Assembly: GCA_044356725.1 (NCBI GenBank)
Contig: JBIKVS010000002.1
Coordinates: forward strand, 1 to 64,000
Source: Minisyncoccia bacterium
GTDB taxonomy: Bacteria; Patescibacteriota; Minisyncoccia; SW-4-49-11
Length of the DNA stretch: 64,000 nucleotides
Direction: 5' to 3'
How positions within the stretch are numbered: the first letter of the stretch is position 1; each line of letters begins with the position of its first letter. The notes below the pieces were generated by a model. The model ran no database searches. It had not been told where the DNA came from and saw only the letters and a list, made by a program, of their open reading frames with translations. Shown here in pieces: positions 40,782 through 51,364 of this stretch. The translations under genes were made by a program, and so were the position numbers.

Positions 40782-42272
40782 TTATCCTAATTTGACTCCT
40801 TGTTTTCTCAAATTATTCCTGATGGCTCGGGCAGCCGAACCAGTTTTAACCATATTAAGCCAATCGCGATGAGGTTTTTGCTTTTTATCGGTAATAATTT
40901 CTACTATATCTCCATTTTGTAAACTTGCTGATAATTTAACTGGACTACCATTAACTTTAGCTAGAACTGCATGCTTACCTATATCTTGATGTATTCTAAA
41001 AGCAAAATCAAGGGCGGTGGAGCCCTGCAATAACCTGATAGCATCTCCTTTTGGAGTCATTACAAAAATCTGGTCTTGAAATAAATCTAATTTAACATGC
41101 TGTAAATATTCTTCTTCCGATAAAGGTTCTTTACCTAAATTTACTAAATCTTGAATCCATTTAAATCTATCTGTATCAATAAAAGAATGTTTGTCTAAAT
41201 CTGATTTTTGCTTATATGCCCAATGTGAAGCCACTCCATATTCACAGTATTCATGCATCTCTTCAGTCCTAATTTGTACTTCAAAGATAGTATCTGTCTG
41301 CTTGTCCCTGACAGTAGTATGAATACTTTGATAGCCATTGTCTTTTGGACTAGCAGTATAATCTTTGACCCTATTTGGCAGAGGCTCAAAATATGATTGT
41401 ATAACAGAAAATACCTGATAACAAGTAGCTAAGTCTGGGGTTATAATTCTCAAGGCTATTAAATCATACACCTGCTCTAACTTTTTACCTGTACCTAATT
41501 TTTTATATAAAGAATAGTATTTTTTGGCTCTACCATATAAGCGACCATAGTTAATATTCTCTGATTGTAAGACATTTTCTAAATTTAATTCAATTTTTTC
41601 TAAGATCTCTTGTCTTGTCGTATATTCTTGTTTTACTTGTGAAATTAATGACTTATATTCCTCAGGATAGGCATAAGGAAAACTTAAATTTTCTAACTTC
41701 TCTTGCAATTTTCCCATTCCTAATCTTTCTGCAATAGGGGCATATATTTCTAAACTCTCAAGAGCAATTCTTTGAGCTTTTTCTTGAGGTAGAGCTGATA
41801 ATGTTTCTAGATTATGTAATCTATCTGCTAGCTTGATAAAGATAACCCTAATATCGCGACTCATAGCTACAAACATCCTTCTTAAATTCTCAGCATATCT
41901 ATCCTCACCCTTATATTTAATCACAGATAATTTGGTGACTCCTGAAATCAAGAAAATCACTTCTCTACTAAATACTTTAGATAATTGACTTAAACTAACT
42001 TCAGTATCCTCAGGTACATCGTGGAGTAACATAGCAATTAGACTATCTCTATCTAATTGCATATCAGCTAGTATAATACAAGCTGAAACAGGGTGAATAA
42101 TATAAAAATCACCACTTTTTCTTCTCTGCTCCTGATGGGCTTCAACCATTTGGATAAAAGCCATCTCAACTTGATCTAAATCAGTGTTTGAAAGATACTC
42201 TAAATGTGGTTTTAGTACATCCCAGAGTTGCTGACTTGCTAACTCTAGATTATCCTTGCTAATATTATCCAT
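40782..42272 (-). CDS. rel: RelA/SpoT homolog (HD-SYNTH-TGS, no C-terminal ACT domain)
   Basis: LHDVPED, KLADRLHN, RVKDY, YQSIHT, EVQIRT, TGS domain. Confidence 0.93.
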   Translation of the reverse strand: MDNISKDNLELASQQLWDVLKPHLEYLSNTDLDQVEMAFIQMVEAHQEQRRKSGDFYIIHPVSACIILADMQLDRDSLIAMLLHDVPEDTEVSLSQLSKVFSREVIFLISGVTKLSVIKYKGEDRYAENLRRMFVAMSRDIRVIFIKLADRLHNLETLSALPQEKAQRIALESLEIYAPIAERLGMGKLQEKLENLSFPYAYPEEYKSLISQVKQEYTTRQEILEKIELNLENVLQSENINYGRLYGRAKKYYSLYKKLGTGKKLEQVYDLIALRIITPDLATCYQVFSVIQSYFEPLPNRVKDYTASPKDNGYQSIHTTVRDKQTDTIFEVQIRTEEMHEYCEYGVASHWAYKQKSDLDKHSFIDTDRFKWIQDLVNLGKEPLSEEEYLQHVKLDLFQDQIFVMTPKGDAIRLLQGSTALDFAFRIHQDIGKHAVLAKVNGSPVKLSASLQNGDIVEIITDKKQKPHRDWLNMVKTGSAARAIRNNLRKQGVKLG

Positions 42273-42304
42273 GTCTAAAACTTAGATTGTTGATAATTAT
42301 TTCT

Positions 42305-43579
42305 CTAATTCACCCTCACTATATCAAAGCCTAGCTGAGTTAATCTTTGTTCAATCTGCTCATACCCTCTATCTATATGATGAATATTATCAATGATGCT
42401 ATCTCGCTCTGAAATTAAAGCTGCCAATAAAAAAGTCATCCCTGCCCTAATATCAGGACTCTCAATTTTTTTACCATATAATTTAGTTGGGCCATTTACT
42501 ACCACTCGATAAGGGTCACACATAATTATATTGGCACCCATCTGATTCAAAATATCAGTATAGAATAATCTTCCATCAAAAATAGTCTCTTGCACCACTG
42601 ATGTCCCCTCAGCCTGGGTCAACAACAAAGTAAATGGTGCTTGCAGGTCTGTTACAAATCCAGGATATTCGTGAGTTTTTAGTTGTAATCCTTGATAAGG
42701 CTCATTATGAGATATAATTTGTATAAAATCATCACCCAATTCATATTTTACCCCAGCTAAATCTAAAAACTTCCAAAATACTCGCAAATGCCTTGGTTCA
42801 ATACCTGTCACCTTAATATCACTTCTAGTCAAAGCTCCTAATATAGCAAAAGTTCCCGCCTCCAATCTATCGGGTATATTAGTATACTCCAGGGAGTTAG
42901 AGTCTAAAACATCTACCCCCTCAATAATAATCTCAGAAGTACCATCACCTGTAATCTTAGCTCCAGCTAATCTTAACATATCACAGAGAGCTGTAATTTC
43001 AGGTTCTAGGGCTGCATTATAAATAGTAGTCTTCCCCCTAGCCTTAACTGCTGCCATAATAAGATGTTCTGTAGCAGTATGAGAAATCCATTTGAATACA
43101 TATTCTATACCATTGAGAGATTTATTTGGTAGTCTAAATATATATTGGCTACTCTCCTCTATTACCTCAGCTCCCATTAGAGAAAGACTTTCTAAAGTCA
43201 TATCAATCGGCCTTCTGCCAATAGCATCTCCACCTGGATGAGGGAATACTACCTCCCCAAATCGTATCAATAATGGGGCAATAAACAGAAAGGAAGCTCG
43301 CATTTTTACAGCTAAGTCGGTTGGAATAATATTAGTATAGACTTTAGTAGTATCTATATTATAGGAATGATGAGATACTCTCTCTACTATTGCTCCCAAT
43401 GACTCTAAAATGGCAATCATATCTCTAATATCCTCAATGTCTGGAATATTACGTAGAGTTATTTGACCATCTATCAAAAGTGTAGCTGGCAAAAGCTTTA
43501 TAGCTGAATTTTTAGCTCCATAAACTGGAATTTCTCCCTTTTTACCAAATTGATTACCTTTAATTTGAAACTTTGCCAT
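42305..43579 (-). CDS. murA: UDP-N-acetylglucosamine 1-carboxyvinyltransferase (Asp variant)
   Basis: GAKNS, MRAS, PGGDAIGRRPID, PDRLEAGT, YPGFVTDLQ, IDRGYE. Confidence 0.96.
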   Translation of the reverse strand: MAKFQIKGNQFGKKGEIPVYGAKNSAIKLLPATLLIDGQITLRNIPDIEDIRDMIAILESLGAIVERVSHHSYNIDTTKVYTNIIPTDLAVKMRASFLFIAPLLIRFGEVVFPHPGGDAIGRRPIDMTLESLSLMGAEVIEESSQYIFRLPNKSLNGIEYVFKWISHTATEHLIMAAVKARGKTTIYNAALEPEITALCDMLRLAGAKITGDGTSEIIIEGVDVLDSNSLEYTNIPDRLEAGTFAILGALTRSDIKVTGIEPRHLRVFWKFLDLAGVKYELGDDFIQIISHNEPYQGLQLKTHEYPGFVTDLQAPFTLLLTQAEGTSVVQETIFDGRLFYTDILNQMGANIIMCDPYRVVVNGPTKLYGKKIESPDIRAGMTFLLAALISERDSIIDNIHHIDRGYEQIEQRLTQLGFDIVRVN

Positions 43580-43585
43580 ATAATT

Positions 43586-44884
43586 TTAATTTAATAATTT
43601 TAGAATCTCCTCTGTATCATTCCAATTTTCTTTAACCCCTCCAGCTCTCATAATACTAGTCTCACTGCCTTTACCTGTGATTATAATTATATATTCATTC
43701 TGAGATAATTCTATAGCTTTTTTGAAGGCCTCTCGACGAGATAAAATTCGCCAAGCATTTTTATGTTCTTGTTTACCAGCTTCCAATACTCCAGCAAAAA
43801 CCTCATCTATAATAGCTTGTGGATTCTCATCATAAGGATCCTCATCGGTAATGATAACATAATCATTCATCTCACCTGCCACTCTTCCCATTGGAGATCT
43901 TTTCCAAGTGTCCCTACCACCACCACAAGAACCCAAGATAGCAATAGTCTTACCATTATCCTTAAAGCTAGTATTAATAGTCTGATAGACTTTCTCTAAT
44001 GCCTCTGGGATATGTGCATAATCTACAAATACAGTAGGATTAGTATACACTTTATTCATCCTACCTGGAATATCGTTTAAGTTGGCTAAAACTTTATTAA
44101 TCTTATCATAATCATACCCCAACCAATGGACAATTCCAATTACAAATAAAAGATTATAGCCCATAAATTCTCCTAAAACTGGCGTTTTTACATTATATTC
44201 TTGGTTAGTATTATTATCTTTATACCTAAATTCTAGCCCATTTTGGTCTGATTTAATAGATAGCATTTGCAAAGTAGCTTGACTGGACTTACCAGTAGAA
44301 TATACTTGCTTATCAGTAAGGCTGCGATAATAGTCTTGATGAGCATCATCTTGATTCACCCAAGAGAGAGGTTTTATAATTTTAGAGTTGATTGTCTTAG
44401 ATTGAGACTTATCAAAGGACTGGAACAATAATCCTTTAGCTTTCTTATAATTCTCAAAGCCTCCATGAGCCTCTAAATGTTCAGGATATAAGTTAGTAAT
44501 GACAACTGAATCAAAATGTATACCTCGATGCCGATTCTGAGCTAGTCCCTCACTAGTGACTTCTACTATGAAGACTGTTGCTCCATTATTCTTAGCCTCT
44601 CGCATCAATTTATGAATTTGTCCTCTACCAGGCATAGAGTTACGGATTTTATTCTTAGATAATTCTATACCGTTGCTAGAGTAGACCGAAGAAGTAAGCC
44701 CCACCTTCAACCCTAATTTAATTAAGGTCTGATACAGAGTATAAACTGTACTAGTCTTACCTTTTGTACCTGTAATACCGATTACAATCAGACCTTCACT
44801 AGGTTTGCCTAATATAATATTAACTCCATAGTTTAAAACCAAGTGATAGAATGATTTTAACTGTTTTAATATTTTTTTTATCAT
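43586..44884 (-). CDS. murE: Mur ligase, MurE-like, lacking the N-terminal domain
   Basis: GITGTKGKTS, EVTSEG, PGRM, VDYAH, GGGRD..KR, DEDP, GKGSE. Confidence 0.88.
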   Translation of the reverse strand: MIKKILKQLKSFYHLVLNYGVNIILGKPSEGLIVIGITGTKGKTSTVYTLYQTLIKLGLKVGLTSSVYSSNGIELSKNKIRNSMPGRGQIHKLMREAKNNGATVFIVEVTSEGLAQNRHRGIHFDSVVITNLYPEHLEAHGGFENYKKAKGLLFQSFDKSQSKTINSKIIKPLSWVNQDDAHQDYYRSLTDKQVYSTGKSSQATLQMLSIKSDQNGLEFRYKDNNTNQEYNVKTPVLGEFMGYNLLFVIGIVHWLGYDYDKINKVLANLNDIPGRMNKVYTNPTVFVDYAHIPEALEKVYQTINTSFKDNGKTIAILGSCGGGRDTWKRSPMGRVAGEMNDYVIITDEDPYDENPQAIIDEVFAGVLEAGKQEHKNAWRILSRREAFKKAIELSQNEYIIIITGKGSETSIMRAGGVKENWNDTEEILKLLN

Positions 44885-44893
44885 ACTGATAAA

Positions 44894-45556
44894 TTAACTT
44901 TGCAATTTGTCTACTAAATCTTGATAACTTTGTGCTGGATTATCTGACTTAAATATAGTGCTACCAACTGCAATTCTTGTTACTCCCAGACTTTGAATAT
45001 GATCAATATTATCTAAACTCACAGCCCCATCCCAAGCAATATCTCCCTCATACATAGTATAGCGATTCTTAAAATCTACTACCTTATCATATACTTTATC
45101 CTGTAAGGCTGATCCATAAAACCCTGGATTTACTCCCATAAATTGTACTCCGTCAATTTTTTTCACCACTTTACCGATATCTCTTATATCAGTATCTGGA
45201 TTAAGTGCAATTGCCACTTCTTTATTGATAGATTTAATCAAATTGACTAGTTGACGAAGTTGTTCCAAGTTAGCACAAATCTCTTGATGCACAATAATGC
45301 GAGAACAAGGCTTAAAGGATTTGACACTTTCAATAATATCACGAGTATTATTGAAGTTAGCCATAATATGTAGTTCGACCTGTAAGTCTCCAAAGTCTTC
45401 ATAGAAGAATTCTCTTGGCAACAAAGATTTAGACTCTACGAACTCCCCATCCATAATGTCAATTTGAATAATTTTAGCTACAGGCTTAATGCTAGACAAA
45501 TATTCTCTAAACTCTTGTTTAGAATTAGTCAAAATAGCAGGGATAATAATACTCAT
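44894..45556 (-). CDS. rpe: Ribulose-phosphate 3-epimerase
   Basis: QIDIMDG, ELHIM, ALNPDT, MGVNPGF.G, DGAV, VGS.IF. Confidence 0.92.
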   Translation of the reverse strand: MSIIIPAILTNSKQEFREYLSSIKPVAKIIQIDIMDGEFVESKSLLPREFFYEDFGDLQVELHIMANFNNTRDIIESVKSFKPCSRIIVHQEICANLEQLRQLVNLIKSINKEVAIALNPDTDIRDIGKVVKKIDGVQFMGVNPGFYGSALQDKVYDKVVDFKNRYTMYEGDIAWDGAVSLDNIDHIQSLGVTRIAVGSTIFKSDNPAQSYQDLVDKLQS

Positions 45557-45600
45557 AGTTTATAAGTTAACTTGAACATAATTATAGCATATATTAAAAA

Positions 45601-45903
45601 AATTATGAATTGTAGGTTGTGAATGGTAAATTGTGAGTTATGAATTATTAACTGTAGGGCTTTTGTAAAGAGATATTAGGAGGGGGCGACCTTTCAGTCG
45701 CCTGAATCCTCCTCCGTCACCTACGGTGCCACCTCCCCCAAGGGAGGACAGTTCTTATCTTGTCTCCCTTTGGAGGGCGACAGAGACGGAAACTCAAATC
45801 ACAAAACACTCCACCCCGTCCAGCATAGCTGTCCACCCCTCAAGAGGGGAATTTTAATACAAAAGACCCTAAAATTCATAATTTACAATTCACAATTTAT
45901 AAT
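45601..45903. repeat. REP-like mosaic E framed by inverted heptamer arrays
   Basis: aattatg-type array 45601-45650, cataatt/cacaatt array 45872-45903; internal units shared with mosaic B. Confidence 0.88.
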
Positions 45904-45909
45904 TAAAGC

Positions 45910-47079
45910 CTACAGCCCAAATCTACCTCTAGTTACATTGAAGTTTTGTTGGACTTCTTGTAGTGTTAGACCTTTTCCCTTATAAACTAAAATATTAGCA
46001 ATATTACCTTGATGAATATATCCTCCACCCCCATATCTTCCTATATTGAAATTAGTTCCCCATGTACCAATATTCCCTGAATCATTAGCACTATTTATTA
46101 AAACACCATTAGAATAAAACTTAGTACTACCTGATATCCTTGAGATTACAATATTATACCAAGTATTAATACTATGTGTTGGTCCAGAAGTATAAAGTAC
46201 TCCTCTAACTCCTATAGTTGGATTATAATATCTAAATCCATTATTAATACTAGTTCCAGTTGATAGAGTCCCTCCATTAGCACCAAAATCCCAAATGTAT
46301 CTATTTGCAACTATTTCTGTTTTATATACCCAAGCAGCAACAGAGAAATCGCCAGTTCCTGGGGAGATATTATTGGAAACTATTACATAATCATTTATCC
46401 CATCAAAAATAAGAGAACCTCCATTAGCAATATTATACCCGACTCCATTGATGAGAGTTCCATGATTATTTCCCCCACTCAAATCAAACCAAGTTGTACC
46501 AGATCCAGGATAACTAGCTGGAATACCTGCATCTAAATTCAATATTAGACCATCTGTCACGATTGGTAACTTTGGCACAGTAGCTGCTAAAGGAGTATTG
46601 GCATTACTAGTTTCTACACTAGGTAGGGGGTCATTTATTTTAATATCCACACCTCCTTCTCTTAATGCTTCTTTTAATCTAATACTAACAGTACTGCTAG
46701 CTTCATCTACTGCTATCTCATAACCCGAGCCACCTATATTATCGGTGTCATTTGGATCCTGTGGTATAGCTTGGATAAAATCAGGGACTAGAGATGATTT
46801 TAAATCGATAAATCCTGTACAAGAAGTAGCATCTGGGTCACAAATTTCCTGATAATCTCGGGTAAGACCTGCTGGATAGCTTCCTTTTTGTAACTTATAT
46901 TGGGTAATAGTGCTTTCTAAAGTTTGAATATGAGTCTTTCTAATATCATTACGAGCATCAATAAATCTAGCATCAGCATTAAAATTTACTAAACCAATAG
47001 TTAGCAATATACCTATTAGGGTAATTACTAATAATACTTCTATCAGAGTAAATCCTTTATTTACATTTTTAGTTTTCAT
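45910..47079 (-). CDS. Type IV pilin head fused to a LamG/concanavalin-A-like domain
   Basis: KGFTLIEVLLVI, ICDPDATSCTGFIDLKSSLVPDFIQAIPQDP, then GLILNLDAG..SYPGSGTTWFDLSG...FDGINDYV...EVQQNFN..RGRFGL. Confidence 0.9.
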   Translation of the reverse strand: MKTKNVNKGFTLIEVLLVITLIGILLTIGLVNFNADARFIDARNDIRKTHIQTLESTITQYKLQKGSYPAGLTRDYQEICDPDATSCTGFIDLKSSLVPDFIQAIPQDPNDTDNIGGSGYEIAVDEASSTVSIRLKEALREGGVDIKINDPLPSVETSNANTPLAATVPKLPIVTDGLILNLDAGIPASYPGSGTTWFDLSGGNNHGTLINGVGYNIANGGSLIFDGINDYVIVSNNISPGTGDFSVAAWVYKTEIVANRYIWDFGANGGTLSTGTSINNGFRYYNPTIGVRGVLYTSGPTHSINTWYNIVISRISGSTKFYSNGVLINSANDSGNIGTWGTNFNIGRYGGGGYIHQGNIANILVYKGKGLTLQEVQQNFNVTRGRFGL

Positions 47080-47102
47080 TGATTTAATATTAACTTAACT
47101 TT

Positions 47103-48383
47103 TTATTCTGACCTTAATGCTTTAACTGGATTTAAGCTAGCTGCCTTAAGAGATGGGTATATTCCTGCTAATATTCCAATCCCTATACTAATAGCCACTA
47201 CAATGAGAGTAGAGACTAAGTCAAAGTTAAAGAAAGTCTCAACTTGGAATCCAATTTGATTCAATTGCTCTACAATAAATATATTCCCTATTTGCATACT
47301 AAGTATAACTATTATCAATCCTGTAACTCCACCTAAGAGACCTATTATAGCTGACTGGATTAAGAACACTCCTAATATCTGTCCATTAGAGGCTCCCATA
47401 GATTTTAGAATTCCGATTTCCTTAGTTTGCTCATAAATACTCATTATCATAGTATTAGTAATACCAATCGAGGCAATTACAGCAGAGATTGCTCCAAATG
47501 CAAATAAAGCTATAGTGAATGCCTGAATAATATCATCTAAAAATCCTAAGACATCATCGGCGGTGAATATACCTTGAAAATTATATTTTTCATCAATAGC
47601 AGTTTTAATAGCTTGCAATTTTGCTTCCTCTCCAGTTACTCTTAATAGATCATATCCCACGGATGAGACATATTCTTCTTTAGAATCAAAACCTCCAATA
47701 TCAGCTAAAATAGAAGTTGAAGTTGTGAGAGATACAATGGCATCATTTCTATCAGAACCTGGGTCGAATACTCCTTTAATAGTATAATCATATTGTTTAT
47801 CAAGAATTTCCTTAGTCTTGACTGTTCCAAACAAAGCACTCTTAGAGGTTACAAAGCTAACTTTTTTGCCTATCAACTCTTCTGGAGCGACATTATAAAA
47901 ATCTGCTACGAACTTGGAGACAAAGATATTATCTCCAGTTGGTTTACTTTTATCTCCCCAGAAATCTACAAAATATGAATCATCCCCTGTCAAATCCCAA
48001 CCTGAGATGAAGGCAGGAGCATAAGCTTTATCTTGACCATCTAGTTTGATCTCTAAATTATTGACAACTGTTACTGGGACTATATCCGTCACTCCATCTA
48101 TTTTAGCAATATTATCTACTACTTCCTGTGTAATAAGGGTTGTTTCATTCACATCGGTACTCTCTGCAGAGGGTGGGTTAAAAGCTCCTGGACCACTGGA
48201 ATTGGTAATAAATATTTCATTAGATTTAAATTGAGTCTGGATAGCAGAGACTAACAATGTCCTTAAATCTTGCATTCCAAAGATTATTAAAGACAATAAA
48301 ATTACCGCAATTGTAATACCTAAACTAGTCAAAATTGTTCTTAATTTCCGTCTTGCCACTAGACTAATAGCATATTTAATCAT
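47103..48383 (-). CDS. MacB/FtsX-family ABC permease
   Basis: RKLRTILT.LGI.I, GI.NTM.MS..E.TKEIGILKSMGA, PVKALRSE. Confidence 0.92.
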   Translation of the reverse strand: MIKYAISLVARRKLRTILTSLGITIAVILLSLIIFGMQDLRTLLVSAIQTQFKSNEIFITNSSGPGAFNPPSAESTDVNETTLITQEVVDNIAKIDGVTDIVPVTVVNNLEIKLDGQDKAYAPAFISGWDLTGDDSYFVDFWGDKSKPTGDNIFVSKFVADFYNVAPEELIGKKVSFVTSKSALFGTVKTKEILDKQYDYTIKGVFDPGSDRNDAIVSLTTSTSILADIGGFDSKEEYVSSVGYDLLRVTGEEAKLQAIKTAIDEKYNFQGIFTADDVLGFLDDIIQAFTIALFAFGAISAVIASIGITNTMIMSIYEQTKEIGILKSMGASNGQILGVFLIQSAIIGLLGGVTGLIIVILSMQIGNIFIVEQLNQIGFQVETFFNFDLVSTLIVVAISIGIGILAGIYPSLKAASLNPVKALRSE

Positions 48384-48387
48384 ATAT

Positions 48388-49056
48388 TTAAATATTATCT
48401 ACTAATTGACCGTCTTTTAGGAATAATTTTCTGTCAATTCCTTCAGCTAAATGTAAATCATGAGTTACGAGGAACATTGTCATATTTTCCTCAGCATTAA
48501 GTTCAAACAAAAGATGCATTATTTCCTTACCTGTTACTGAGTCTAGATTACCAGTTGGCTCATCAGCTAATAAGATTTCTGGTTTAGCAACTAAAGCTCT
48601 TGCTATAGCGACTCTTTGCATCTGCCCACCAGACAGCTCATTTGGTCTATGCTTCAATCTATCTGACAGCCCCACTTTATCTAGAAGATATCTAGCCCTA
48701 TCTTCTGCCTCTGAACCTGCGAGTTGATGACCAAATTTAAGTGGCAATAATACATTTTCGATGACATTGAGTGCTGAGATTAAATTAAATTGTTGAAATA
48801 TAGTCCCGACTTTAAATCTTCTATATATATTGGGATTATAATCTTTAATATCTTTATTATCTACAATTACTTGTCCTTCATAAATTCTATCCAAGCCACC
48901 TAATATATTAAGTAAAGTGGATTTACCTGATCCTGAGCTACCAATTATAGCTACCATTTCTTTGGTTTGAGCGGTAAATGAAATATCATTTAAGGCAATA
49001 ACTATATTGTCCTTATTCATTTGATAGACTTTTTTGAGATTTTTGACCTCTATCAT
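48388..49056 (-). CDS. LolD/MacB-type ABC ATPase
   Basis: GSSGSGKST, LSGGQMQRVAIARAL, ADEPTGNLD. Confidence 0.94.
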   Translation of the reverse strand: MIEVKNLKKVYQMNKDNIVIALNDISFTAQTKEMVAIIGSSGSGKSTLLNILGGLDRIYEGQVIVDNKDIKDYNPNIYRRFKVGTIFQQFNLISALNVIENVLLPLKFGHQLAGSEAEDRARYLLDKVGLSDRLKHRPNELSGGQMQRVAIARALVAKPEILLADEPTGNLDSVTGKEIMHLLFELNAEENMTMFLVTHDLHLAEGIDRKLFLKDGQLVDNI

Positions 49057-50894
49057 ATAGATTGTCTTAGATTTTCTACTTGTTCCACAATGCTATCTAC
49101 ATTTATTTGCTCAAATTGTAATAACTCTTCTGGAGTTCCGCTCCTTGGAGTTTCTTGTACCGATAAAGATCTAATTGGAATATGTACATCCTCTAATTCA
49201 GATCTAATCGCTTCAGCTATACCTCCAGCTTGATGATGATCTTCCACCACAATCAAACCTTTAGTCTCCCGAGCAGCTAAATGTAGTGTTGCAGTATCAA
49301 GAGGTTTTATACTATATAAATCTATCACTCTAACACTAACCCCTCTTTCTCTTAGTATATCATAGGCTTTCAAACATTCATAGAGAGTAATACCTGCTCC
49401 AACTAAAGTTATCTCATCTAATTCACTATTATAAATAGTTTTACTACCTCCAACAACAAAGGTTTCATTATTACTATATAGAGTCGGAACACCCGCCCTG
49501 GTTAATCTTAGATAGCTAAGACCTTCATACAAATAAGCTTGTTCAGTTAATTTAAGAGTTGATATTGAATCACTGGGATATAAAACTACCGAACCAAACA
49601 TACCTCTAAAAAAAGCAATATCATTCAGAGCCATTTGAGAGGGTCCATCAGCTCCAATTGAAACTCCTGGATGAGTTCCTACTATCACAATATTAGCTTC
49701 ATTGTATTGAGCCATACGAATTTGGTCATAGGCTCTAGTTAGAAACCCAGCAAAGGATGAAACAAATGGCTTTTTACCAGTCAGGGACAATCCTGTGGCT
49801 ACGGATAGCATATTTTGCTCAGCGATAAACATTTCTAAAAATCTATTCTCATCAATATGATTAGCATAAGTAGAATTACTTACTTCAGCATCAAGTACAA
49901 TAATATCATTATAATTACTGGTTAAAATTTTCATAGCTTCTCCAAAAGCTTTACGGGGAGAGACTAATTCATCCAAACTATAATTAGGATATATTGTATC
50001 ATCTACTTGTGGTGGAGTATAATTGTATGGAGATAACTTAATAGGAGCTTCAATTTCAGCCCGCAAATCTAAATTAAGTTGTCCTAACTCTTCAATATAA
50101 ACCTCAAATTGCTCTTGAGTAAGAGCCTTACCATGCCAATTATCTTTATCCTCAATCAAAGATATTCCCTTACCTTTAAGGGTTTTAGCTAATATAACTG
50201 TAGGCTTATCTGAGTTTTTTGCTTGCTTCAAAGCATCTAAAACTTCATCTAGATTATGACCATCTATTATAATAGCCTCCCAACCAAAAGATTCAAATTT
50301 TTTCTTATAAATTTCAATATTATGACCCTCCATAGTCTCTCCTCGTTGCCCTAATCTATTGATATCTACTATAGCAACTAGATTATTAATTCCATAATGA
50401 GCAGCACTGGCAACACTTTCCCAAACCGAACCTTCTGCCAATTCACTATCCCCTAACATAACATAAGTGTATGAATTAACTTGGTCAAATTTTTTAGCAT
50501 TAATTGCATAGCCAATACCAATCCCTAATCCTTGCCCAAGAGACCCGGTGGCAGCATCTGTAAATATAAATCTACGACTAGGATGCCCCTCTAAAACACT
50601 TGTGAATTGTCGCAATGTTTGAATTTCCTCAGGGGTAATTACTCCAGATAATAACCAAAGACTATATAATAATGGTGAAGCATGGCCTTTAGATAAAATA
50701 AATCTATCATTATTTATATCCCTAGAATTATTAATATCATACTTAAACTCACCTCCAAAAAATAGTCCTACCCCTAATTCAACAGACGATAAAGAGGAAG
50801 TGGGATGCCCTGAACCAGCCTGAGTTGTAGAATATAAAATCCAATATCTAACTAATTTGGATATTTCCTCAAGTTGATTAATTGTATATTTCAT
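49053..50894 (-). CDS. tkt: Transketolase
   Basis: SGHPTS, SKGHA, GSLGQG, GDSE..EG..WE, IAEQNM, DGPSQM. Confidence 0.95.
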   Translation of the reverse strand: MKYTINQLEEISKLVRYWILYSTTQAGSGHPTSSLSSVELGVGLFFGGEFKYDINNSRDINNDRFILSKGHASPLLYSLWLLSGVITPEEIQTLRQFTSVLEGHPSRRFIFTDAATGSLGQGLGIGIGYAINAKKFDQVNSYTYVMLGDSELAEGSVWESVASAAHYGINNLVAIVDINRLGQRGETMEGHNIEIYKKKFESFGWEAIIIDGHNLDEVLDALKQAKNSDKPTVILAKTLKGKGISLIEDKDNWHGKALTQEQFEVYIEELGQLNLDLRAEIEAPIKLSPYNYTPPQVDDTIYPNYSLDELVSPRKAFGEAMKILTSNYNDIIVLDAEVSNSTYANHIDENRFLEMFIAEQNMLSVATGLSLTGKKPFVSSFAGFLTRAYDQIRMAQYNEANIVIVGTHPGVSIGADGPSQMALNDIAFFRGMFGSVVLYPSDSISTLKLTEQAYLYEGLSYLRLTRAGVPTLYSNNETFVVGGSKTIYNSELDEITLVGAGITLYECLKAYDILRERGVSVRVIDLYSIKPLDTATLHLAARETKGLIVVEDHHQAGGIAEAIRSELEDVHIPIRSLSVQETPRSGTPEELLQFEQINVDSIVEQVENLRQSI

Positions 50895-51354
50895 AGTCTG
50901 TATTATTATTTTCTAATTCTGTAATTTTAGACACTCTTCTAATATGTCTTTCTTGATATGATGGTTCGGTTATAATAAAAGTTTCCACAATATCTGGCAT
51001 TATATCCAATTCTAGAGAGGCTGATAGTGCTAAAACATTAATATGATTATGAGCTCTTGCAATAGCGGTAGTCTCAATTGAATCCAATAAAGCAGCTCTT
51101 GCTCCTGCAATTTTATTAGCTGCAATACTAGCTCCCACCCCAGTACCACAAATCACAATACCTAAAGCATCGCTATCCTCTACTACTCGTTTAGATACCT
51201 CAGAAGCATATTCTGGATAATCATCATCTGGATCATAGACTGTATTACCACAATCTATTACCTGTAAGTTTTTGGCATTTAAAAACTGAATAATTTCTTG
51301 TTTAAGTTCAAATCCTCTATGATCTGAGCCTATGTAAATTGTATCTATATTCAT
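50878..51354 (-). CDS. rpiB: Ribose-5-phosphate isomerase B
   Basis: SDHRG, DDYP, CGTGVG, RHIRRV. Confidence 0.95.
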   Translation of the reverse strand: MNIDTIYIGSDHRGFELKQEIIQFLNAKNLQVIDCGNTVYDPDDDYPEYASEVSKRVVEDSDALGIVICGTGVGASIAANKIAGARAALLDSIETTAIARAHNHINVLALSASLELDIMPDIVETFIITEPSYQERHIRRVSKITELENNNTDYEIYN

Positions 51355-51364
51355 ATATTTAGAG

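Noticed and set aside
40782-45556. Short RSH, MurE without its N-terminal domain, and Rpe with QxD in place of HxD as pseudogenes
   Set aside because: Frames and other catalytic motifs are intact; these look like ordinary streamlined CPR variants
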